64,000 nt of DNA from an uncultured Acidobacteriota bacterium (GCA_963702425.1 CAVPCQ010000009.1:1-64000); one strand, 5' to 3'. Positions 1-11,340 are shown, counted from the stretch's first letter. Numbers and translations: made by a program. The notes: generated by a model not told the origin, from the sequence alone.

Positions 1-2147
1 GCGGTCAGCCGGAGCCAGTGCTCCGCCTCGGGCAGGTCCCCCTTCTTCCTGGAGAGGCAGCCCATGCTGTTGTAGGCGGTCAGCGTGTCCGGGTGCTGCT
101 CGCCCAGCGTCCGGCGGGACCGGTCGATCAGCTCGCGGAACATCCTCTCGGCCTCGGCCACCCGCCCCGTGTCGGAGTAGATCATCGCGAGGTTGTTCAT
201 CGAGGAAAGCGTGTAGACGTGGTCCGGGCCCAGCACGCGAAGGCCGCGTTCGTAGGAGTCGCGGTGGAAGGTCTCGGCCGCCGCCATGTTCCCCTTGGCC
301 TCGAGCACGTACCCCAGGTTGCCGAGCGAGACGATCGCGTCGACCGAGTCCTCGCCCAGCACGCGCTGCCGCCGGTCCAGGACCTCGCGGAACTGCGCCT
401 CGGCGTCGTCGAGGCGGCCCAGGGCCTGCAGGTCCAGCGCCAGGTCGTTGCGATACCCGAGGACCTCCTCGTCGTCGGGGCCGAGCACGGCGGTCCCGCG
501 CTCCACCGCCTCGCGGAGCAGCGTCTCCGCCTTCTCGTACTCGCCGGTCTGAAAGTACAGCGCGCCCAGCGCGCCGATCGCGGAGATCGTGGCGGGATCG
601 CCGTCCCCCTGCTCGCGCCGGCGGATCTCGAGCGCCTGCAGCAGCAGCGGTTCCGCGGGCTCGTGCATCCCCTGGAACAGGTAGCGCTCGCCCAGGGTCG
701 ACTTGAGCCGCGCCGCGATCAGCGGCTGGCCCGCGAACTCCCTGCCCACGGCGGTGACTGCGGGAGAGAGGATCGTCCGGTCGATCAGCGCGCGCGCCGC
801 GTCGGTCGCGTTGACCCGGGCCCACTCCGCGGCGAAGGCCGCGGCGCGAGCGGTGCGCTCGGGCCTCCGGGACGCCGGACTCGGCCAGCGCGGCCGCGTA
901 CCGCGCCTGCACGTCGTCGCGCAGCAACTGGCCCGCGCGCGTCGGGTCCACCTGCTCGAGCATCGCGGCCTGGAAGTTCGAGACCTGCTCCAGCTCCGCC
1001 GCGCGGGCCCGCGCGACGCGCGCCTGCCAGGCGAACGCCGCGAGGCCGCCGAGCAGGGCGGTAAGATCAGGCCCGCCGCCACCACCGCCCTGGTGGCGGC
1101 GCACGAACTTCCTCAGCGGTAGACCGTGCTCGGCGGCGGCCGCCACCACCGGCTCGTCGTTCAGGTAGCTGCTGGAGGTCAGCGGCAAAGCCGTTGGCTG
1201 TCTCGTAGCGCCGGCCGCGGTCCTTCTCCAGCGCCTTCATCACGATCCAGTCCAGCTCGCCCCGCACCAGCCTGCGTCAGCTGCCGCGGCTCCAGCTGCC
1301 GCTGCGCCGAGATCGTCGGGCAGCTGCTCCCCGCTCGTGCTCGAGCCGCGTGCTCGGCTTGCGGCGGCTCCTCCTCGCGGATCATGCCGCAGCACCTCGT
1401 CGAACGCCGCGCTGGCGGAGCTGTCGCGGGTCGAGCGGCGTCGTGCCGGTGAGCAGCTCGTAGAGCAGCACGCCCAGCGAGTAGATGTCGCTGCGGGTGT
1501 CGATGTCGAGGCTGCTCAGCTCGGCCTGCTCCGGGCTCATGTAGTCCGGCGTGCCGACCACTGCGTCGAAGCCGGTGAACAGCGTCTGCTCGGTCAGCCG
1601 CTGCCCCGATGGCCTTGGCCACGCCGAAGTCGATCACCTTCGGCACCGGCTCGCCGTCGTAGCAGGGCGACCAGCACGTTGCTCGGCTTGAGGTCGCGGT
1701 GGATGATCCCCTTCTGGTGCGCGTGCTGGACCGCGTGGCAGACCTGCATGAACAGTCGCAGCCGCTCGCCGCATCGACAGCCGTTGCTCGTCGCAGTACT
1801 CGGTGATCGGGATCGCCCTGGACCAGTTCCATGACGAAGTAGGGCCGGCCGGTCTCGGTGGCGCCGGCGTCGAGCACCCGGGCGATGTTCGGGTGGTCCA
1901 TCAGGGCCAGGGCCTGCCGCTCGGCCTCGAACCGGGCGATCACCTCCCGGGTGTCCATGCCCGGCTTGATGACCTTGAGCGCGACCGTGCGGCGCACCGG
2001 CTCGGTCTGCTCGGCCATCCAGACCACGCCCAAGCCGCCCTCGCCCAGCGGCTGGAGGAGCCTGTAGGGGCCGACGGCGGTCGGGCCGGTGCCGGGGGCC
2101 GGCTCGGGGGCGCCGGTCGGCCCGCCGGTCACGGTCTGGTCGGACAT
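1..2147 (-). CDS. Ser/Thr protein kinase with C-terminal TPR repeats; several frameshifts; 3' end runs off the window
   Basis: ATG at 2147 (MSDQTVTGG). Motifs [58 protein letters not shown] and [13 protein letters not shown] are spread over different frames. TPR-type repeats ([25 protein letters not shown]) lie at 1-600. Confidence 0.85.
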
Positions 2148-2336
2148 CGCGGGTCTCCGGGGCGGGGACGCACGGGCCGGGTCATTCTGAGGGGTCCGGT
2201 GCGCGTTGCGGGAGACTACGGTCAGGGCGGACGGGGGGCAACCGCGAGGTACCGATTCCGCTTCCTGTTGAGCCGTGCGCCGCGCTTCGCGCCGCGGCGT
2301 ACACTCGTCACGGCCCCGAAGCGGAAGGAGGCGGAC

Positions 2337-2945
2337 ATGAGAAAGGACTCCCTCACGCTTCTGCCCAGCCGGCGGCAGATCCTCACTCAGGTTCTCCCCG
2401 CCGGCGCGTTCGCGTGCCTGGCCTGCCGCGGCGCCTTCGCCGCGATCGAGCCCGCCAAGAGCAAGGCGTCGGCGCCCGTCGAGATGTCGTACGAGGAGAT
2501 GTTCAAGGAGTTCTACGTCGAATCGTTCATCCCGACGATGAAGGCGCTGGGCGAGGAGCTGGGACGCGGCAAGCTGAGCGAGATGCTGAAGCGGGCCAGC
2601 TCGAAGGCGGCCGAGCAGGGGGTGAAGGAGTGGGCGAAGAAGATCCCCAACCGGGACCTCGCGAGCTTCACCGCCGAGATGCGGAAGCCGGGCCCGCTGT
2701 ATCAGCACGCCCTGACCTTCAAGATCGTCCAGGACAAGCCGACGGTCTTCGAGACGCGCGTCACCGAGTGCCTGTGGGCGAAGACCTTCCGCGACGCCGG
2801 AGCCGCCGACATCGGCTACGCGTACTGCTGCTACCCCGACGCCGCGGCAACGCTGGCGTACAACCCGAAGATCCGGGTGACGCGCGGGAAGACGCTGATG
2901 GAGGGGGCCGACCACTGCGAGTCCAAGCTGGTTCTGGAGACGTAG
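2337..2945 (+). CDS. L-2-amino-thiazoline-4-carboxylic acid hydrolase (ATC hydrolase) family protein with twin-arginine-like signal
   Basis: AAGGAGG RBS before ATG 2337. SRRQIL near the N-terminus. Family-like motifs [19 protein letters not shown] and [13 protein letters not shown]. Confidence 0.75.
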   Translation: MRKDSLTLLPSRRQILTQVLPAGAFACLACRGAFAAIEPAKSKASAPVEMSYEEMFKEFYVESFIPTMKALGEELGRGKLSEMLKRASSKAAEQGVKEWAKKIPNRDLASFTAEMRKPGPLYQHALTFKIVQDKPTVFETRVTECLWAKTFRDAGAADIGYAYCCYPDAAATLAYNPKIRVTRGKTLMEGADHCESKLVLET

Positions 2946-3019
2946 CCAGGGGTCGGCGGTAGGGGAGGATCGGGGCGGGGCCCGACAGGGCCCCCCGGGA
3001 GCCGCTAGAATTCGGCGCC

Positions 3020-4543
3020 ATGTCGGAACCCAGCACCGACCGCCCCGTCCGCGTCCGCGTCGCCCCCTCGCCGACCGGCGACCCGCACGTCGGGACCGCC
3101 TACCAGGCGCTCTTCAACTACGCCTTCGCGAAGAGCCGCGGGGGGAAGTTCATCCTGCGGATCGAGGACACCGACCAGGCGCGCTCCACGCGCGAGTCGG
3201 AGCAGGCGATCCTCGACTCGCTGCGCTGGCTGGGCCTGCCGTGGGACGAGGGGCCGGACGTCGGCGGGCCGTGCGCGCCCTACCGCCAGAGCGAGCGGAC
3301 CGAGATCTACCGCCGCCACGTCGACGAGCTGCTGGAGAAGGGGCACGCCTACCGCTGCTTCTGCACCGCCGAGCGGCTCGACGAGATGCGCCGCGAGCAG
3401 AAGGCCAAGGGGCAGCCCGGCGGCTACGACCGGCTCTGCCGCGGGCTCTCGCCGGAGGAGTCGGCGCGCCGCGCCGCGGCCGGCGAGCCGTTCGTCGTCC
3501 GGATGAAGGTGCCGCTCGAAGGGCACTGCGTGATCCGGGACCTCCTGCGCGGCGAGATCCACAAGGACTGGGCCAGCGTCGACGACCAGGTGCTGCTCAA
3601 GTCCGACGGCTTCCCGACCTACCACCTGGCCAACGTCGTCGACGACCGGCTGATGGGGATCAGCCACGTCATCCGCGGCGAGGAGTGGATCAACTCGGTG
3701 CCGAAGCACCTGCTGCTCTACGAGTACTTCGGCTGGGAGCCGCCGGTCTTCTGCCACCTGCCGCTGCTGCGCAACAACGACAAGGACAAGACCAAGCTCA
3801 GCAAGCGCAAGAACCCGACCTCGATCGCGTACTACCGCAGCGCGGGGTTTCTCCCGGAGGCGCTGGTCAACTTCCTGGCGCTGATGGGCTCGGCCCCGCC
3901 GGGCGAGGACGAGAAGTTCCCGCTGGCCGACTTCATCGAGAAGTTCAAGCTGGAGGAGATCTCGCTGGGCGGGCCGGTCTTCGACGTCGAGAAGCTGCGC
4001 TGGCTCAACGGCCGCTACATCCGCGAGAGCCACGCGCCGGAGCAGCTGCTGGCACGGCTGAAGGACTGGGCGCTGTCGGACGAGCGCCTGCTGAAGATCA
4101 TCCCGCTGGCCCAGCCGCGGCTCGAGACGCTGGGCGACTGGGGCTTCCTGACGGCTCACTTCTTCGCCGACGCGGTGCCGCTGGATGCAACGGCGCTGCA
4201 GCTGAAGGGGAAGTCGCCCGAGGAGCTGCAGGCGATCTTCCAGGTCACGGTCTGGGAGATGGAGCGGATGCGCCGCTTCGAGAAAGAGGACATCCAGGCG
4301 CTGTTCTCGAAGCTGGAGCAGGCGACCGGGATCAAGCTGCGCGACCTGACGCGGCCGTTCTACGTCGCCGTGACCGGCGCGACGGCCTCGACGCCGATCT
4401 TCGATTCCATGGCGGTGCTGGGGAGCGATGTGGTGCGGATCCGGCTGCGCTGGGCGATCGCTGCACTGGGGCCGCTCAGCGCCAAGCGGACCAAGGAGCT
4501 GGAAGAGCAGCACCGCGCGATCTTCGGGGCGCGCGAGGACTGA
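3020..4543 (+). CDS. gltX: glutamate--tRNA ligase
   Basis: [13 protein letters not shown] (HIGH-like), [29 protein letters not shown] (KMSKS-like). Confidence 0.97.
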   Translation: MSEPSTDRPVRVRVAPSPTGDPHVGTAYQALFNYAFAKSRGGKFILRIEDTDQARSTRESEQAILDSLRWLGLPWDEGPDVGGPCAPYRQSERTEIYRRHVDELLEKGHAYRCFCTAERLDEMRREQKAKGQPGGYDRLCRGLSPEESARRAAAGEPFVVRMKVPLEGHCVIRDLLRGEIHKDWASVDDQVLLKSDGFPTYHLANVVDDRLMGISHVIRGEEWINSVPKHLLLYEYFGWEPPVFCHLPLLRNNDKDKTKLSKRKNPTSIAYYRSAGFLPEALVNFLALMGSAPPGEDEKFPLADFIEKFKLEEISLGGPVFDVEKLRWLNGRYIRESHAPEQLLARLKDWALSDERLLKIIPLAQPRLETLGDWGFLTAHFFADAVPLDATALQLKGKSPEELQAIFQVTVWEMERMRRFEKEDIQALFSKLEQATGIKLRDLTRPFYVAVTGATASTPIFDSMAVLGSDVVRIRLRWAIAALGPLSAKRTKELEEQHRAIFGARED

Positions 4544-4551
4544 GGGGGTCT

Positions 4552-5357
4552 TTGACTTTCACGGGAGGGCCGCCCTCGGGGCCCGTCCCGTCCGCCGACG
4601 GCATCCCGATCGCCTACCGGGCCGAGGGGGCGGGGGAGCCGGCGGTCGTCTTCGTCCACTGCTGGTGCGGCAACCGGGGGTTCTGGAGGGGTCCGTCGCC
4701 GCGCTGAAGGGCCGCCACCGCGTCGTGACGCTCGACCTGGCCGGGCACGGGGCGTCGGGCCGCGGGCGCGCGGAGTACACGGTCGAGGCCTTCGCCCAGG
4801 ACGTGAAGGCGGTCGTTGAGAAGCTCGGCCTGCGGCAGGTGATCCTGGTCGGCCACTCGATGGGCGGGCCGGTGACGCTCGAGGCGGCGCGGCTGATGCC
4901 GGACCGCGCCGTGAAGCTGATCCCGATCGACACCTTCCACAACGTCGAGGAGGCCTGGCCGGAGGAGCAGCGCGCGGCGTTCCTGAAGCCATTCCAGGAC
5001 GACTTCCCGGTCGCGGTCCGGACCTTCGTGCCGCAGCTCATGCCGCCCGGGACCGATCCGGCCGTCGTGAAGCGGGTGGTGGATGCGATGGCCGCCTGCG
5101 ACCCGGCGATGGGCGTCTCGGCGATGCGCGAGCTGTCGGCGTATCCGGAGGCCGAGCGGATCGCGACGGCGAAGATCCCGATCCACGCGATCAGCGGCGA
5201 CCTCTTCCCGACGGACCTCGCCGCGAACCGGCGGCACGCGCCGCAGTTCGAGGTCACCGTGATGAAGGGGACGGGGCACTTCCCGATGTTCGAGCACCCG
5301 GCGCCGTTCGAGGCGGCGCTGGGGGGTGTAGTGGGGGAGGGGACCGGGCCTCGTTAG
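4552..5357 (+). CDS. alpha/beta fold hydrolase, frameshifted near 4690
   Basis: SADGIPIAY..GAGEPAVVFVHCW in one frame, then LDLAGHGAS, GHSMGG (nucleophile elbow) and GHFPMFE in another. Confidence 0.85.
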
Positions 5358-5640
5358 CCCGCCTTCCGAAGACGACGCACGGCTCGTGTCGGCCGCGCCT
5401 GGGCAAGGTCGTACGCGGCCTGGAGGTTGAGCCAGAACTCGGGCGAGGTGCCGAACGCCTGGGCGAGCAGCCAGGCCGTGTCGGGCGTCATCCCCCGCTT
5501 CCCGCGGACGAGCTCGTTGACGCGCTGGACGGAGACGCCGATGTGCTCGGCGAGCGCGACCTGGGTGATCCCGAGCGCCTTGAGGAACTCCTCCGTCGAG
5601 GACCTCGCCCGGGTGGGTCGGAAGACTGGATGGGATCCCC
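5354..5640 (-). CDS. higA: HigA-family addiction module antitoxin (HTH), frameshifted, start codon unclear
   Basis: The reverse strand reads PTHPGEVL / EEFLKALGITQVALAEHIGVSVQRVNELVRGKRGMTPDTAWLLAQAFGTSPEFWLNLQAAYDL, with an indel near 5595. Confidence 0.8.
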
Positions 5641-5659
5641 TCCGGCGTCGACTCGACCG

Positions 5660-6685
5660 TGCTCCTCGAGAAACTCGACGGATCAGTGGCTAGAACTGCT
5701 CCGCGTTGCAGGCGAAGATCGCTCCGCCGGTCACGTGAGCCGCCGGACCGCCTCCCAGCGGAAGACGATTCCGCCAGGTCGACCCAGAAGACGTTGGCTG
5801 CGCGTCGATTCGAAGTAGTAACGCCTGTTCTTGTGATCCGACCCCGTGCGCCAGAGCGTCGACGAGATTTGGGCTGGCCGGGCGTCGAGATCGCCGAGGG
5901 CATGGGCGGCATTGGATCACCGAGCCTGCGACTCGCGACGCCTCTTGTCGGCGTCTTGGGGACGGCGTTGATGTAAAACGTCACCTGCACGAAGCGATCG
6001 GCCGCGCGATAGGTGCCCGGCGGCCTCGTGATGCCGCCGATCTGCTCCAGTAGACGATCATCGCAAGCTGCTCCTCGTAAATCGCGAGTACGGTCATTCA
6101 CTGGTACGGGCGACCGTGATGGATCGACCAGCTTGTCGCCGACGTACTCGAAGATGGCCGAGTCCCGGTGGGGTCCGAGATCGCGTGGTGCACCGTGCCG
6201 GCCTTGCCGTCCGGCGAGCCACGGGGACGACGTAGAACGGCTCCTGCCGAAGCGCCGGCCACGCGCCTCGGCGACCGTGGCGAATTGTCGACACGTACTG
6301 CGTCCAGGCCGAGATGCGACATCGGCCGCCGCTTGTCCCCGGCCCCACCTGCGGGTACTCGGACTCCGCCAGGTACGAGCAGGTTGGCGACCAGGCCCTT
6401 CTCGTTCATGCCGTCCGCCGTGGCGGCCTCGAACGCGGTCGCCACGACGCTGCCGTACTTCGACGTCCAGCGGATCGCGCGGGCCCGGCGGCACCGTCAC
6501 GCTGCATGCCGCGCGGGAAGGCCCAGAGGTTCGACCCCAGGTCGGACTGCCAGTCCATGCTGCGGACCGTGATGATGGTGTCCTCGGGACCGAGGTAGAC
6601 CGCCGAGTGCAGGCCTGCGCCGGCTGAAACGGCGCAAGCGCGAAGGGCAGGGCGAGCAGGGCGAAGCGGAGAAGGGGGGGGAGGC
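5660..6685 (-). pseudogene. linear amide C-N hydrolase (choloylglycine hydrolase / penicillin V acylase family), heavily frameshifted
   Basis: Signal-like ALLALPFALAPFQPAQA followed by the catalytic N-terminal Cys (CTR). Then VYLGPEDTIITVRSMDW, SKYGSVV, ADGMNEKGLVANLL, ISSTLWRT and NVFWVDL across several frames. Probably sequence errors rather than true decay. Boundaries are approximate. Confidence 0.75.
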
Positions 6686-6687
6686 CC

Positions 6688-7197
6688 TTACTTCGAATCC
6701 GCGTTCCACATGTCGTGGACCGCTTTCCACGTGCCGTCGCTCTGCTTCCGCCAGACGCACAGGTACTTCCCCGTCTCCTTGACCAGCTTGCCGTCCGGCC
6801 CCTTGAAGGAGTCCTCGTAGGTGCCCGCCGTGAAGCCGAGGTTGCCGGTCACTTCGGCGTGCGTCGTCTTCCACGAGATGGTGAAGGTCGGCTCGGCGAA
6901 GTAGGCGGCCCAGACCTTCTTCGCCGCGGCTCGGCCGACCGCCACGGGCTCGTTCGGCGGGTACGCGACCGCATCCTCGGCGTAGAAGGACGCCACACGG
7001 TCCGCATCCCGGGTGGCGGCCGCGCTGGACCAGTCGTCATCGAGCTTCGCCAGCGCCTTCGCCTCGGCGCTCATGCCGCCGCTCGCGTGGGCGGCCGCTG
7101 CCGAGAGGAGAACAGGCAACAGCACCGCGAATACGCCGGCCGCGGCGAGAACGGCCGTCAGACTGAAAAGACGCCTGCCCATCGAGAAACGGTTCAT
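6688..7197 (-). CDS. secreted NTF2-like / DUF4440 (YybH/SnoaL-like) protein
   Basis: N-terminal signal peptide, then DADRVASFYAEDAVAYPPN and GKYLCVWRKQSDGTWK..DMWN. Confidence 0.85.
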   Translation of the reverse strand: MNRFSMGRRLFSLTAVLAAAGVFAVLLPVLLSAAAAHASGGMSAEAKALAKLDDDWSSAAATRDADRVASFYAEDAVAYPPNEPVAVGRAAAKKVWAAYFAEPTFTISWKTTHAEVTGNLGFTAGTYEDSFKGPDGKLVKETGKYLCVWRKQSDGTWKAVHDMWNADSK

Positions 7198-7369
7198 CAG
7201 TGCTGTCTCCTGGTTGGGGGTGAAGGAAGCGATGATAGCAAACGGGGATCGCGACGGAGTCGTCCATCACCTGCGGCCCAACCGCCCGGACACGATTCGA
7301 GCGGTTCTGCGAGCGACGCCTTCGCGTGCCGGATCTAACGAGTCAGTCAGCCCCAGCCGCGCCCGCGCG

Positions 7370-7525
7370 TCAGGGCTTCTTCACCGGATCGTCGTCGTGG
7401 AGCATCCGCACGGGGGGCGTGTCGAGGTCGTCGTACTGGCCGCGCCGGACGGCGCGAACGAACGCCCAGACGAAGAAAGCCGCCAGCGCCATCGCCGCCG
7501 GGAGCAGGATGTAGATCACGCTCAT
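7370..7525 (-). CDS. ccoS: cbb3-type cytochrome oxidase assembly protein CcoS
   Basis: Not in the ORF track. Reads MSVIYILLPAAMALAAFFVWAFVRAVRRGQYDDLDTPPVRMLHDDD, with the GQYDD signature and an ATGA overlap with the ccoI stop. Confidence 0.92.
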   Translation of the reverse strand: MSVIYILLPAAMALAAFFVWAFVRAVRRGQYDDLDTPPVRMLHDDDPVKKP

Positions 7526-10101
7526 GGCCGGCCGTCCCCGGTCCGGGGTCCGGCGGAGGCATCGAAGGTCCGCGCGCGATAGGAGCTGATCGTCACGGTC
7601 AGCGACGAGAGCGGCATCAGGATCGCGGCCCCGATCGGGTCGAGCAGGCCGGCCATCGCGAGGCCGACGCCGGCCAGGTTGTAGAGCAGCGAGAAGACGA
7701 GATTGCGGCGGATCACGCCCATCGTGCGGCGCGCGCCGTCGACCAGGTCGGCCAGCGGCGCGACGCCGGGGCGCGCGCTGTAGACGTCGGCCGCGGCCAG
7801 CGCGGCCTCGGCCCCGCCGTGGACGCCGATCCCGACCGTCGCCGCGGCCAGCGCCGCCGCGTCGTTGACCCCGTCGCCGGCCATCGCGACCCGACCGACG
7901 GCAGCTTCCTCCGCCACGATCCGCAGCTTCTCCTCCGGCCGCACGCCGCCGCGCGCGAGGCCCGGAGTGATCGCCAGCCGGCGCGCCACGGCGCCGACGA
8001 CGGCCGGGTGGTCGCCCGAGAGGATCCCGACCTCCCAGCCCGCAGCGCGCAGTCGGTCGAGCGCGCCGGGCGCGTCGGCGCGGAGCGGGTCGCCCAGGAC
8101 GGCGACCGCGGCGGGCGCGCCGTCGACCACGACGACGAGCGGCGTCAGCCCGTCCGCCAGCGCGGCGTCGACGGCGTCGGTCAGCGGTCCGGCGGGCAGC
8201 GGCGCGCCCAGGAACTCGAGCGATCCGACGGCAACGCGCCGCCCCGCGACGAGCCCGGCGATTCCCGCGCCGCGCGTCTCCACGACCTGATCGGCGGGCG
8301 GCAGGGAAGGCGCCCCTCCCGCGGCCGGCAGGCGAGCGGCCTCTTCGTTCCCGCCCTTGAGCCCCGCGAAGGCCCGCGCCACCGGGTGCGCCGAGTGTGC
8401 TTCGAGCGCCGCCGCCAGCCGCAGCGCGCCGGGATCGCCGACCGTCCGCACGAGCGCCACGCGCCCCTCGGTCAGCGTCCCCGTCTTATCGAGCCAGAAG
8501 CGCCCCGGCCGCGCGAGGCGCTCGATCACGTCCGCGCCCTTGATCAGGAGGCCCATGCGGGCGGCACGGCCGATCGCCGCGCTGACTGCGAGGGGCGTGG
8601 CCAGGCCCAGCGCGCAGGGGCAGGTGACGATCAGCAGCGCGACGACGTTCTCGGCGGCCTGCGACGGGTCGATCCGCCACCAGATCAGCCCGGTCAACGC
8701 CGCCAGCACCAGCACCGCCACCACGAACCAGCCCGAGATCCGGTCGGCCAGTTGCACGATCGGCGCGCGGCGCCGCGCGTGCTCCTCGACCAGCTGCATC
8801 AGGCGGCCGACGCGCGTCTCCTCGCCCGCCCGCTCGACCTCGACCTCCAGCCGCCCGGTCAGGTTGACGGTCCCGGCGTGCACCGCGTCGCCCGGCGCCG
8901 CGCTGACCGGCCGCGACTCGCCGGTGAGCAGCGAGAGGTCGAGCTCGCTGTGGCCCGCGCGCACGACGCCGTCGGCAGGAACGGTGTCGCCCGCCCGGAC
9001 CTCCACCCGCGCGCCGGGGACCAGTGCCTCGAGCGGGACCTCGCGGATCGCCGTCGCGCCGGCCGGGCCGTCCGCCGGCCCCGGCCCCGCCTCGATCAGC
9101 CGCGCCGTCGACGGCGCGAGCGACGAGAGCAGCTCGGTCGCGTCGGCCGCGCTGCGCTGCTGCCGCGTTTGCAGGAAGCGGCCGACCAGCAGCAGGAAGA
9201 CCAGCGCGGTCAGCGACTCGAAGTAGACGCTCCCGGTGCCGCGGATCGTGTTGACCGCGCCGCTGGCGAAGGCGGCGAGCAGGCCGAGCGCGATCGGCAC
9301 GTCCATGTGGAGCGTGCGGGTCCGGAGCGCCGCCCACGCCCCGTTCAGGAAGACGCCGCCCGGGTAGAGCAGGGCCGGGATCGCGATCAGGAGGCTCGCC
9401 CAGCGGAACAGCCGCGCGAACTCCGGCTCCATCCCGTGGCGGATTCCGCCGTAGAGCGCGAAGGCGATCCCCATCGCGTTCATCGCCAGCGCCCCGGCGA
9501 CGCCGATCCGGATCAGCATCGCGCGGTCGGCCTGGCGCGCCATGTCGCGCGCCTTGACGCCGCGGAACGGGTGCGGCGGGTAGCCCAGCGCGTCGAGCGC
9601 CTCCGCGATGCGCGAAAGCGGCACGACTGCCGGGTCCCAGGTGACCACCGCGCGCGAGCGGCCGATGTCGAGCCGGACCTCGACCGCGCCCGCGACGACG
9701 CGCGGTACGCGCTCGACCAGCCAGACGCAGGCCGCGCAGTGGACCCCCTCGAGGTACAGCTCGACCGAGCACAGGCCGCCCGGAAGGGGCCGCGCGTATC
9801 GTTCCAGGAACAGGGGGTCGTCGAATGCCGCGTAGCTGCGCCCGAGCACGCGGGCCGGGCGCGCCCGCGCCCCGCTGTCGTCGCGCACGCCGTAATAGCG
9901 CTCCAACCCGTGCTCGTGGATCACCGACCAGACGGTGCGGCATCCGGCGCAGCAGAACTGCCGCTCGGCGGCCGCCTCGACGAGCGCGGGCGGGACCGGC
10001 AGTCCGCAATGGGCGCACCCGACCAGGTCGGTCGCGCAGGCGGCCTCGCCCGCCGCGCCTGTGCCGGCGGGCTTGCCCGCCGCATCAGCGAGCGCTCCCA
10101 T
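7522..10101 (-). CDS. ccoI: heavy-metal (Cu) translocating P1B-type ATPase CcoI/FixI
   Basis: CAHCGLP..FCCAGC N-terminus, HCAAC metal-binding domain, TGES, CPCALGLATP, DKTGT, GDGVNDA, YN..LMPLSS; located in the cco cluster. Confidence 0.93.
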   Translation of the reverse strand: MGALADAAGKPAGTGAAGEAACATDLVGCAHCGLPVPPALVEAAAERQFCCAGCRTVWSVIHEHGLERYYGVRDDSGARARPARVLGRSYAAFDDPLFLERYARPLPGGLCSVELYLEGVHCAACVWLVERVPRVVAGAVEVRLDIGRSRAVVTWDPAVVPLSRIAEALDALGYPPHPFRGVKARDMARQADRAMLIRIGVAGALAMNAMGIAFALYGGIRHGMEPEFARLFRWASLLIAIPALLYPGGVFLNGAWAALRTRTLHMDVPIALGLLAAFASGAVNTIRGTGSVYFESLTALVFLLLVGRFLQTRQQRSAADATELLSSLAPSTARLIEAGPGPADGPAGATAIREVPLEALVPGARVEVRAGDTVPADGVVRAGHSELDLSLLTGESRPVSAAPGDAVHAGTVNLTGRLEVEVERAGEETRVGRLMQLVEEHARRRAPIVQLADRISGWFVVAVLVLAALTGLIWWRIDPSQAAENVVALLIVTCPCALGLATPLAVSAAIGRAARMGLLIKGADVIERLARPGRFWLDKTGTLTEGRVALVRTVGDPGALRLAAALEAHSAHPVARAFAGLKGGNEEAARLPAAGGAPSLPPADQVVETRGAGIAGLVAGRRVAVGSLEFLGAPLPAGPLTDAVDAALADGLTPLVVVVDGAPAAVAVLGDPLRADAPGALDRLRAAGWEVGILSGDHPAVVGAVARRLAITPGLARGGVRPEEKLRIVAEEAAVGRVAMAGDGVNDAAALAAATVGIGVHGGAEAALAAADVYSARPGVAPLADLVDGARRTMGVIRRNLVFSLLYNLAGVGLAMAGLLDPIGAAILMPLSSLTVTISSYRARTFDASAGPRTGDGRP

Positions 10102-10852
10102 CCCCGTCCTTCGCGCAGCAGGGGGGCGCCGTCTCGACCGAAGCGGTCGCCGGGCGCGTCAGCGCCTTCTGTGCCGCCTCCGCCATGCTCCCGCGCGTGA
10201 TCACCGCGAACAGACCGACGACGATCAGCGCCACCGCGGTGATCGCCGGCACCGCGCGCCGCAGCGGCCCGGCGAGCGTCTGCACGCCCGCCCCGAGCGC
10301 CAGCAGCACCGGCAGCGTCCCGGTCCAGAAGACCGCCATCACCAGCGCCCCGGCGGGAGCCGAGCCGGTCCCGGCGGCCGTCGCGGCGAAGGCCCACAGC
10401 CAGCCGCAGGGGAGGAGCCCCGTCAGGAGGCCGACGACCAGCCCGCGCAGCGCCGCCGGCTGCCCGGCGACGGCCCGGATCCCGCGGGCCACGGGGCGCG
10501 AGACCGCGGCCGGCACCGGCAGGCGCGGGACGCTCACGCCGAGCGCGATCAGCAGCGAGTAGACGCCCCAGGCCGCGATGAACAACCCCGCCACCACGGC
10601 CGCGGCCCGCTGCACGCCGGCCAGCGCGCCGCCGATCCCGTCGATCGCCGCGCCCAGCGTTCCCGCCAGCGCGCCGATCGCTGCGTAGACCAGGAGCCGG
10701 CCCAGCGAGTAGGCCGCGTGGGCGCCCCAGCTCGCGCGCCCCGGCCCCGCCGTCCCGCCCGCGTAGAAGGCGACCAGTCCGCCGCACATCCCGGCGCAGT
10801 GCAGGCTACCCAGCAGGCTGGCGACGAAGACCGTGGCGACGAGCGCGCTCAC
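10085..10852 (-). CDS. sulfite exporter TauE/SafE / DsbD_2-like membrane protein of cbb3 clusters
   Basis: GSLHCAGMCGG, YSLGRLLVY and GLLPCGWLW motifs; probable GTG start at 10852. Confidence 0.88.
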   Translation of the reverse strand: MSALVATVFVASLLGSLHCAGMCGGLVAFYAGGTAGPGRASWGAHAAYSLGRLLVYAAIGALAGTLGAAIDGIGGALAGVQRAAAVVAGLFIAAWGVYSLLIALGVSVPRLPVPAAVSRPVARGIRAVAGQPAALRGLVVGLLTGLLPCGWLWAFAATAAGTGSAPAGALVMAVFWTGTLPVLLALGAGVQTLAGPLRRAVPAITAVALIVVGLFAVITRGSMAEAAQKALTRPATASVETAPPCCAKDGDGSAR

Positions 10853-11340
10853 GGCGTGATCCCGCAGACCTGGCGCAGCGTGTGGGTATAGGTCTCGGCG
10901 CCGCGCGTGATCGTGAAGCGCAGCTCCCACATCCCCGGCTCCAGCCGGTCGAGCGTCCCCTCGTAGCGGCGGTCGTCGCGCGCGGCGAGCGGGCCCGCGA
11001 CACGCCGGCCCGAGTTCGCCCCCTGGAACGCCTCGACCGCGACCGTCGCGCCCGGCAGCAGTTCCCCGTCCCGGCCGCGCAGCGCGGCCACGACCCAGGA
11101 GGCATTCGGCCCCGATCCGCAGCCCGCCTCGAGCCGCCAGCCCAGCGCCTGGTTGGCGTTCTCCTGCGCCATCGTCCCGTCCCAGGCCAGCGCCTTCTGG
11201 TAGTAGTCCGGCTCGACCGCGAAGGTCGGGTCGCTGGTGGCCAGCACGACCATCGCGACGTTGGCCCCGATCGCCAGCGCCAGCAGGCCGACGATCAGGA
11301 ACGGCCAGAAGTGTCCCTTCCGACGCCTCTCGTCAGCCAT
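10849..11340 (-). CDS. ccoH: FixH/CcoH family protein
   Basis: MADERRRKGHFWPFLIVGLL transmembrane segment and VEPDYYQKALAWD motif; lies between ccoG and ccoI. Confidence 0.85.
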   Translation of the reverse strand: MADERRRKGHFWPFLIVGLLALAIGANVAMVVLATSDPTFAVEPDYYQKALAWDGTMAQENANQALGWRLEAGCGSGPNASWVVAALRGRDGELLPGATVAVEAFQGANSGRRVAGPLAARDDRRYEGTLDRLEPGMWELRFTITRGAETYTHTLRQVCGITP

